The position numbers were made by a program, and so were the translations under genes. A DNA stretch of 64,000 nt from an uncultured Gammaproteobacteria bacterium (GTDB lineage: Bacteria; Pseudomonadota; Gammaproteobacteria; Steroidobacterales; GCA-2729495). Under the pieces are notes generated by a model. The model did not search any database and was not told where the DNA came from. It was given only the letters and a program-made list of their open reading frames with translations. Every line of letters begins with the position of its first letter. The stretch's first letter is position 1. The DNA is taken from positions 700,427 through 764,426 of the forward strand of contig CALNYJ010000004.1 in assembly GCA_942490785.1 (NCBI GenBank), given 5' to 3'. Of the stretch, positions 55,534 through 64,000 are shown in pieces.

Positions 55534-56739
55534 TCAGTCGCGCCAGACGTGTTGCGGGCTTATATCCGCGAGCGACGGAGTGCCCGCGTAACGCAGGGTG
55601 CGTTCAAACTCTGCGCTCAAGATGCGCAGGCACTTCTCTACGCCGGGCTGGCCAAAAGCGCCCAGACCCCATAAGTACGGACGCCCTATGCACACCGCGT
55701 CGGCACCATAGGCCAGCGCTTTGAACACGTCACTGCCGCGGCGAATGCCACCGTCAACCAGCACCGGCATGCGCCCGCTGAGTTCATCAACCACTTCCGG
55801 CAGCACATCCAGCGTGGCCCGGCCGTTGCCTTCCTGACGCCCGCCGTGGTTTGAAACCACCACACCGTCCACGCCGTGTTTACGGCACAAACGCGCGTCT
55901 TCGCGAGTGACAATGCCCTTGAGCACCAGCGGCAATTCCAGTTGTTTGCGCAAAGCAGCCACGGCCTCCCAATTGAGGGCCAGGTCGCCGATTCCTTTAG
56001 GCCCGGCAAAATCTTCAAAATTGCCGAGCTTGCCAGGTGCACCGGTCGCCTTTGCCTGACCTTTTACGGGATGACTTCTGAACCAGCGCGCCGCTTCATG
56101 ATTGCCGCGCGATGGTCCGTCAATGGTCAACACCAGTGCCCCGTAGCCGGCCGCCTGAGCCCGCGCTGCCAGGTGCAGCATGAATTCTCGGTTCGCGGAC
56201 GGGTAAAGCTGAAACCAGCTGGCCACGCCGGTCGCTGCAACCTCTTCAATACTGAAGTTGCTCATCTGCCCGACCACCATCAGATGACCTTTACGCGCCG
56301 CCGCGCGGGCCGTTGCCAGTTCACCTTCGGCATGCACCTGCTGCTGATTGCCTGCCGGCGCCAGAATAATCGGTGATGAATATAGACGACCGAACAGTTC
56401 GACGCCTGTATCAAGCGTACTGACGTCCACGAGTCGCCGCGGGCGGATTTTCGTCTGTTGATAAGCCAGGCGATTCGCCTGCTTGGTCAACCCGTCGTCC
56501 GACGCGCCAACAATGAAATGATAAGCCTCGGCGCTGAGCCGGCGACTCGCAGCCTGATCAAGATGCGCGATATTCAACACATCGTCGAGTGACTCGATGC
56601 GTGCCCGCTGTGGCAATGCGACAGCGTCGCCGACAGCGCCCAGCCAGCCACCGGCCACGCCCGAGGCCAGCAATCCGCCGGTAAATTTCCGGCGACTCGT
56701 GCGGTCGCTGCTTCCGGCACCGTCAGCCTTATCGCTCAC
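55534..56739 (-). CDS. FMN-dependent alpha-hydroxy-acid dehydrogenase/oxidase (LldD/glycolate oxidase family) with a Tat-type signal peptide
   Basis: 401 aa. It has the N-terminal TSRRKFTGGLLASGVAGGWLGAVGDAVA and the family motifs VVSNHGGRQ and VDGGIRRGSDVFKALAYGA. Confidence 0.75.
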   Translation of the reverse strand: MSDKADGAGSSDRTSRRKFTGGLLASGVAGGWLGAVGDAVALPQRARIESLDDVLNIAHLDQAASRRLSAEAYHFIVGASDDGLTKQANRLAYQQTKIRPRRLVDVSTLDTGVELFGRLYSSPIILAPAGNQQQVHAEGELATARAAARKGHLMVVGQMSNFSIEEVAATGVASWFQLYPSANREFMLHLAARAQAAGYGALVLTIDGPSRGNHEAARWFRSHPVKGQAKATGAPGKLGNFEDFAGPKGIGDLALNWEAVAALRKQLELPLVLKGIVTREDARLCRKHGVDGVVVSNHGGRQEGNGRATLDVLPEVVDELSGRMPVLVDGGIRRGSDVFKALAYGADAVCIGRPYLWGLGAFGQPGVEKCLRILSAEFERTLRYAGTPSLADISPQHVWRD

Positions 56740-56969
56740 CGTCGGTTGTCCTCCATTTGAATATGCTGCAAACGATTGTCGGCATCGACCTGCAACTCGA
56801 ACCGACCGAATACGCCCGCCGGCGTAACAAAACTCCGCAGACGGCTGGCCGGGAAACGCACCGTTTTGCCGCTGATGCGATCGCGGGCGACAACCGTAGT
56901 GGCGGTACCTGCATACAAACGCTTAAATTCGTCAGCGCTGATTGCGAGGTCAACGACATAACGATTCAC
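56736..56969 (-). CDS. small DUF2835-like protein
   Basis: 77 aa. ISADEFKRLYAGTA...VRFPASRLRSFVTPAGV.GRF resembles what I recall of DUF2835. A 4-nt overlap with the downstream dehydrogenase gene. Confidence 0.45.
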   Translation of the reverse strand: MNRYVVDLAISADEFKRLYAGTATTVVARDRISGKTVRFPASRLRSFVTPAGVFGRFELQVDADNRLQHIQMEDNRR

Positions 56970-56982
56970 AGAGCAGGCAACG

Positions 56983-57390
56983 CTAGTCGCAAATACCGCC
57001 TTTCTCGGCGCGCGATTCGGCTTCAGAAATGATGGACGGTATAACCTGCGCCATCATTTCATTCATGCCGCGCGTGCATTCCTGCACTTGCGCGATCGTG
57101 GGGTCTGCGCGCATTTCGCGACTGAATGAAAGCGCCTTGCTAAGCGCCTCTGACTCTTTACCGCTGGCACACAGCGCATTGATCTCGTCAGACAGTGCCT
57201 GCGCCTCTTTCGCCAGATCTTCAAGCTTTGTCTGATCGACATCGGCCATGCACGATGCCATTTTCTGGGCCTGTTGCATCATGGCTTGCATACCGGCCCC
57301 GCTTGGCATCTTGGACGGATCAAAGGCCGGAGGAGTCTGCGCCACCGCCAGTAATGGCAACAACATCATCAAACACACGCTAGTTCTCAT
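56983..57390 (-). CDS. secreted Met/Gln-rich hypothetical protein
   Basis: 135 aa. It has a signal peptide (MRTSVCLMMLLPLLAVAQ) and a helical, Met-rich mature part with five Cys. Confidence 0.5.
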   Translation of the reverse strand: MRTSVCLMMLLPLLAVAQTPPAFDPSKMPSGAGMQAMMQQAQKMASCMADVDQTKLEDLAKEAQALSDEINALCASGKESEALSKALSFSREMRADPTIAQVQECTRGMNEMMAQVIPSIISEAESRAEKGGICD

Positions 57391-57433
57391 GCTGAACTCC
57401 TGTTAATTTGGCGCCACCCAACCGGGACGCTGC

Positions 57434-59881
57434 TCAGATCATAACCTCGACTGCGGGCTCGCGCAGGTTATACCGCGAACTCATTACAAATCCGTAGGCA
57501 CCCGCATTGGCAATCAGCAGCACATCGCCCTCGCCTGCCGGCGGTAACAGACGATCGCTGCCTATGCGGTCGCCGGTTTCGCAAATCGGACCAACCACAT
57601 TGACAATCTCGGTAGCCGGTTCACCGTAATGCGTCAGGTTGGCGATCTCGTGATAAGCGCCGTACAACGCCGGCCGAATCAACGAGTTCATGCCGGTACT
57701 GATACCGACGTAGCGAACATCGCCCTTGCCCTTTACCTGCGTAACCGTGGCCACCAGCACACCCGCCTGCGCGACAACGTAACGGCCCGGCTCAAGCCAG
57801 ATTTCGTAATCACCCAAATGCTCGCGGGCCGCGGCCAGACTCGCATCAAGTGCATCCATATCCAGCGGTTGCTGGCCCGGCTTTTCGGGAATGCCTAAAC
57901 CGCCCCCGATATCCAGATACCGCACGGTACCGAATTGCCCGGCAATGCCACCCAGCGTGGTGGCAATTTCTTCCCAGTTATCGGCCTGCAAAATACCGCT
58001 GCCGGTGTGGGCATGCAGACCGACCACTTCCGCGCCGCAGGCTGCAAGCAGCTCGCGCGCTTCGTCCAGTTCGAACAACGGGATACCGAATTTCGAATGC
58101 ACCCCCGCGGTTTTTACATGCTCGTGGTGGCCGCGCCCCTGTCCGGTATCCAGCCGCAAAAACACTTTCTTGCCGGCAAAGCTCTCACCCCAATGGCGCA
58201 ACGGATGCAAATTGTCCAGCGTAACCCACACACCTTCTTGCAGACCGAGTTCGTATTCTTCGCGTGGTGCGAAATTCGGCGTGAACAAAATCCGCTCACG
58301 GTCAATGTCCGGAAAGAGTTCCAGCACCAGCTGCAACTCGCCCGGCGAGACCACCTCGAAGTTCATGCCGCCTGCGTACACAACCTGCAAAATCTCACGA
58401 TTCGAGTTGGCCTTGGTGGCGTAAAACACCCGATCCACCGACTTCAGCGCGCGCAGGCGCTACCGCAGCTGCCACGGCATCGCGGCTGTATACGTAGGCA
58501 GATTGTCGCTCGGTCGCTATGGCCAGCAGTTCATCACGTCGGTTCGCTCCACCAGGGCATCTCGCCCACCGCAAGTTCAGACGCACTTTCGTCACGGGTC
58601 AGTTCTTCCCAGGTTTCCCCGAACACCGCATCCAGACTCGGCGGCACGGATCAGGATGGCATGGAGCGTCTGGACCAGCCGTGCTGCCTGCCCCGCATCA
58701 ACCACGAAGCTGAGGTTCAGATCGCTGGCGGCCTGGCTCAGCAGGTGAATATGGTTCTCCTGAAAAGCCTCCAGCGCCGGGCCGATTTCATGCAACATGG
58801 CGCGGATTTTCTGCCCCACCAGACTGACCACCGACACATCCTGCAGGATGCGCACCCGGCACAAGCGCGCCAGATTTTGCTCCAGCCGCTCCAGCATGGT
58901 GGCGTCCATTGAATTGGCGTTAGGGTCCAGCGTGACCGTGACGTTGCTTTCGGAAGTCGAAACTAAATCAATAGAAAGGCCTAAATCACTGAAAACCTTA
59001 AATGCTTCGGCAAGAAAACCGACCTGCTGCCACATGCCCAGCGTCTCCATGGAGACCAGGGTGATGCCGTCGCGGCTGGATATGGCTTTGACCCGTGGCG
59101 CATCGTCACCGGAATCCTGGGAAATCAGTGTGCCTTCGGCATCAGGACGCGCTGTGTAACGAATCCACAACGGAATACCACCTCGCCTCACAGGCGATAT
59201 GGCCCGCGGATGGAGCACTGAACCACCGGTGGACGCAATTTCCTGCGCCTCCTCGTAGCGCAGCGCCTTCAGCAGACGCGCACTCGGTACGGCGCGCGGA
59301 TCGGCACTGAACATGCCGTGGACGTCGGTCCAGATTTCCAGGCGCTCGGCTTCGAGTCGACCGGCGAAGTAAGCGGCCGACGTATCCGACCCGCCCCGCC
59401 CCAGCAATACCGTTTCGCCATGAGAATTACGGGCAATAAACCCCTGCGTCAGAACAACCCCGTCAATAGCCGCCAGCTCGGCTTGCAGGTGCGCATCCGG
59501 ATTGGCTTCGCAGGTGGCCGACAGGAAAGCCGCACGTTCGGAAGCGCCGCTGCGCTCCACGCAGCACAACGATGCCCGGGCATCGTGCCAATGGGCGTCG
59601 ATACCTTGCGACTGCAGGTAGGCGGCACCCAACGTGGTGGCCAACAACTCACCCATGGCCATGACCTTGGCGTGCACCCGCGGACTCACTTCGCGAACCA
59701 GCCGCACGCCTGCTAATAGCTGCTCCAGTTCGGTCAGGTTGTCGTGCAACAGTGCATCGCCGTCCAGCCCCAGGTCATTTGCCAACGACCGGTGCCGCTC
59801 GACGATCTCGTGCAGCAAGTCCGCGTAATCGCCGGCAACGGCTGCCTGCATTACTTGCACCAGCTTGTTGCTGATACCGCC
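57434..59881 (-). pseudogene. lysA: bifunctional aspartate kinase / diaminopimelate decarboxylase (LysAC type), 5'-truncated and with about three frameshifts in the inter-domain linker
   Basis: The DAP decarboxylase domain is intact in ORF 57434..58438 (VDRVFYATKAN, HAHTGSG, DIGGGLG, CETGD). The aspartate kinase domain is intact in ORF 58592..60034 from GGISNKL ([14 protein letters not shown]). The linker homology ([48 protein letters not shown]) hops frames near 58635, 58540 and 58457. The kinase N-terminus (KFGGTS region) is missing. Confidence 0.6.
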
Positions 59882-61218
<1,337 letters not shown>

Positions 61219-62765
61219 CAACATTTCGAACAGTAGTTGTTCCTGCTGCTTGGGCGGTCCGACCGGCAATGTAGCCATGGCGAGCGCCGCAATCGGGCGT
61301 CCTCCCAGCGCGAAGATATCGCTGGCGGCATTCAGAGCCGCGATGCGACCGACCAGATAGGGATCGTCGACAAACGCCGTAAAGAAATCGGTGGTTATCA
61401 TCACCGCCTGAGCGGACAAACTCTTCACCACGGCTGCATCGTCTGCCTGATCGAGCCCCACCAAAACACGATCGGAGGCCGGAATGTCGAGCCTACTAAG
61501 CACACGGTGCAAGACATCGCTGCCAACTTTGCCCCCGCAACCAGCACAGCGCATGGCGGTGGCTTCTTGCTCCGCCGCCGATCCGGAAGTTTCATCCATC
61601 TCCATGGGCTCATAGTCTTGGTATTTCGCCATGAAGCGCGTGTCGATTCTGTTCTTCAGTTTCCAACACCAGCTTGCCGTGGTGCTGAGTCCCTTGTAAT
61701 CGGCAATCGCACGACCATCGCCGGTGGAGAGCAGCTTCAAGAAACCGTGCTGCGGCTGGTAGTCGACCAACGGCGCATCGTTTAGGCGCGAGTTGAGATT
61801 CTGCCATAAGATCGGACCCTGCCGCACGGCATACACTCCGGCTTTGGGTGTCCGGTCGCTTTGAATGGTGCCCGAGTCGCCGACCGCGAAGATCGGTTCG
61901 CCGGATGTCGACTGCAGCGTCGAGTCGGTGAGCAGAAATCCCCGGTCATCCTTCGGAAGCCCCAACTTTCCCAGCAGCAGAGGGGCCGTCGCCCCGGTGG
62001 TCCAAAGCACAACGTCTACCGGCACATGCTGACCACTTTCGAACGTCATTTCACCTTGTCGAACTTCACGAACGTCGTTGCCCAGCATGATCTCCACGCT
62101 GCGCCGCTTGAGTTCCCGATAGACGTTCGCGATGGCCCGATCGCTGAGACCTGGGGCCAGTTGTTTGTGGCGGTCGACCAGCAGTAGGTTGGGGGTGCAC
62201 CCAACTGTGCCTCAACGTGTGGCGTGAGCGCCAGGGTGATCTCGATGCCGGCCACTCCCCCACCGACCACGGCAATCCGTGGAGGGCGCCCGTTCAGCGT
62301 CTTGGCCACTTGGTGGAGCCGCTGATCTAGCCGCTTTAGAAACGTTTGCATCGGTTTGATTGGGATGGGTCCGGTACAGCAGTCTCCCCGGGTATCGCTC
62401 CCTAGGCCGTCGAGACCGCTGGGAATGGAGCCAATCCCGATCGAGAGCACGTCGTACGGTACTGGGGGATGATCTTCGAGCAAGACCTGGCGTCCATCGA
62501 GATCGAGTCCGCAAACTTCGGCCCGCAGGAACCGGATTCCGTTGGCCGCACAAAGCCGCACGAGGTCGATCTGTATTTGCTCGCGGTCGTACAAACCTGC
62601 CAAGGTGCCGGGCAGCATCCCAGAGTAGGTGGCCACCGAGAAATCGCTGATACAGGTTAGCCGCACGCCGGGCGGGGCTTTCATCCGCCACATGCGAATG
62701 ACGTGGCAATGCGTATGGCCCGCGCCAATCAGCACGATGTCCTGGTTAGGCAGCTTGGCGTTCAT
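61219..62765 (-). pseudogene. selD: FAD/NAD(P)-dependent pyridine-nucleotide-disulfide oxidoreductase fused to selenide,water dikinase (SelD), 3'-truncated, one frameshift in a G5 run
   Basis: The N-terminus is MNAKLPNQDIVLIGAGHTHCHV plus a second IAVVGGGVAGIE Rossmann motif. Homology jumps frame at GGGGG 62191-62195 and continues ([13 protein letters not shown]...SVEIMLGN) into ORF 60604..62097. The SelD part ([15 protein letters not shown]...ITTDFF...[22 protein letters not shown]) ends abruptly at ...LLFEML (61219). Confidence 0.6.
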
Positions 62766-62843
62766 CTAGTCCCGACTGAATGAGTACGCATGAGGTATGC
62801 GTCCATTCTACGTCCACGCTCGTGTTCGTGGCACCCAAGGGAC

Positions 62844-63128
62844 TTACTCGTCTGTCGAATCGGGTTCAGACGTCGAATCTAGCCCCGCTTCGGCAGCCGT
62901 GGGGAAGGGGTCTGCCAGGGCCGTCTCTCGGATTTCTGCAATCTGGTCATCTTCACCAGACATTTGCGAGCTCAGTGGGGTATCAGCAGGCAGGTCCAGC
63001 GTCGAACAACCTCCGGCGAAGCCAATTACCGTGATCACGCATCCCAGATGGAATCTGCGAAGGCCGGCCATGGCATCGTTCCAGGAGTTCGAGCGAGCAA
63101 GACGCATGATGGGTGGGCTAGCCTCCAA
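62844..63128 (-). CDS. small putative lipoprotein
   Basis: 94-aa ORF. The internal start MAGLRRFHLGCVITVIGFAGGC gives a lipobox-like FAGGC. It has an acidic, Ser/Thr/Pro-rich tail. Confidence 0.35.
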   Translation of the reverse strand: MEASPPIMRLARSNSWNDAMAGLRRFHLGCVITVIGFAGGCSTLDLPADTPLSSQMSGEDDQIAEIRETALADPFPTAAEAGLDSTSEPDSTDE

Positions 63129-63197
63129 TAAGCTCCACGTGAATCCGTTGGCTCAGTCCCATTCCCGGGACACAACCGCTAGGAATTCATCGATCCT

Positions 63198-63644
63198 TTA
63201 CAAACCGCCGCCGGGTCGTTCCTGGCCTAAGAAATCGGAAACCGTCCGCGAGGGGTGAGGAGCCTCGTTTTGTTGGAACAAAGAACCAAACCAGCCAGGG
63301 CTGTCTTCTTCGACTTCCTTCTTGTTCGACCACCGCGAACTCGCATCCGAGGAACTTTGCTGCCAAGACGGAAAGCTACTCACCGTTGTGTTTTCGGGCT
63401 TTTCCCGTTGAAACGGCGATGTCAAGACATCGATGGTCTTGGAAAAAAATGACTTCGTGCCTTGCCCCACGCGCGTGAATACGGAAGGGCCCGTGCTTCG
63501 TTCCGAGCTTTTCGTGTAAGGGCTGCTGATCAACGGACTACCGTTCATCATCGAAGTCTTTTTCGATTTGTTTTCGGCCGAGGCAGAAATCGGGGCGAAT
63601 ACCAAGAACGCGAGTAGCAATGCGAGAGTTCGCATAGTCTCCAA
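63198..63644 (-). CDS. small secreted Ser/Thr/Pro-rich hypothetical protein
   Basis: 148 aa. Signal peptide MRTLALLLAFLVFAPISASA, then a low-complexity S/T/P/K-rich sequence. Confidence 0.4.
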   Translation of the reverse strand: METMRTLALLLAFLVFAPISASAENKSKKTSMMNGSPLISSPYTKSSERSTGPSVFTRVGQGTKSFFSKTIDVLTSPFQREKPENTTVSSFPSWQQSSSDASSRWSNKKEVEEDSPGWFGSLFQQNEAPHPSRTVSDFLGQERPGGGL

Positions 63645-63922
63645 CCTTGTAAGCTTTCCTCGCGCACCGATGAACGGTCCAGGGCGAATGCGCGCGAATC
63701 GTGGGAAAAGTTCCGGCGAGAGTGTGTCAAACCAGGCCCCCTGGGTCTAGATCGATTCCGCGAAAGTCGGCCACGGAGGTGCATGCAGTGAATCGGCATG
63801 ACCTATTCTTGGGGGGTGACTTCGTAAAGCGTCACCCAACCGAGCCTTTCGTCGATTGTCCGCATTTCGTATTTGGCTTAAATTGTGCCAATTCCGCGGG
63901 ACTATCACATACAGGAAACAAG

Positions 63923-64000
63923 ATGCCAGCGTTGAAACTGGGTTTTCTCGGAGCCGGACAGATGGCCACGGCCCTGGCCCATGGCTTCGTTGCGGCGAAA
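63923..64000 (+). CDS. proC: pyrroline-5-carboxylate reductase, first 26 codons (runs off the right edge)
   Basis: ATG 63923 is preceded by AGGAA. MPALKLGFLGAGQMATALAHGFVAAK matches the ProC N-terminal Rossmann motif (GF.GAG.MA.A). Confidence 0.55.
   Translation, partial: MPALKLGFLGAGQMATALAHGFVAAK

Overview
Most of the window (about 1-59.9 kb) reads like a GC-rich, marine-type gammaproteobacterial chromosome segment made of housekeeping and catabolic operons. From left to right I recognise these blocks:
- An AddA/AddB-like helicase-nuclease pair, alaA, an MFS permease, an NCS1 (CodB-like) permease, a rhodanese, etfBA and a Prx5-type peroxiredoxin.
- An SDR-MFS-DctQ-DctM operon, followed by an aldehyde dehydrogenase/SDR/aldo-keto reductase cluster.
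- MscS and a coupled cytochrome c gene pair.
- An IclR-linked catabolic island: hydantoinase A/B, an HMG-CoA-lyase-like gene, a family III CoA-transferase and a VOC-like gene.
- A TonB2-type energy-transduction operon (DUF3450, long ExbB-like, ExbB, ExbD, TonB, TPR) ending in a translationally coupled [2Fe-2S] ferredoxin.
- An attenuator-preceded leuA-ilvE-leuCDB operon.
- A yerC-like gene followed by hisGDCBHAFE, then rdgC.
- A Tat-signal FMN-dependent alpha-hydroxy-acid dehydrogenase.

I found no rRNA, tRNA, CRISPR array, transposase/integrase or recognisable defence island, and I cannot point to a clear-cut novel system.

The most anomalous part is the right-hand 6 kb. A bifunctional aspartate kinase/diaminopimelate decarboxylase gene has frameshifts and lacks its 5' end. 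It is joined in frame to an internal ilvD fragment riddled with indels. That fragment is in turn joined in frame to a 3'-truncated FAD-oxidoreductase/SelD fusion gene. Small secreted ORFs and a proC start follow, and they look taxonomically different from the rest. This is either an assembly or low-quality chimera, or a genuinely decayed mosaic; reads are needed to decide.

Smaller observations include:
- Two isolated frameshifted genes.
- A candidate branched-chain-amino-acid leader peptide and attenuator.
- A probable ATT start for hisF.
- Perfect short tandem or direct repeats at likely regulatory positions.
- TRAP membrane genes without a binding protein.

All functional calls come from my reading of the translated ORFs against remembered family motifs. 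No database search was run.
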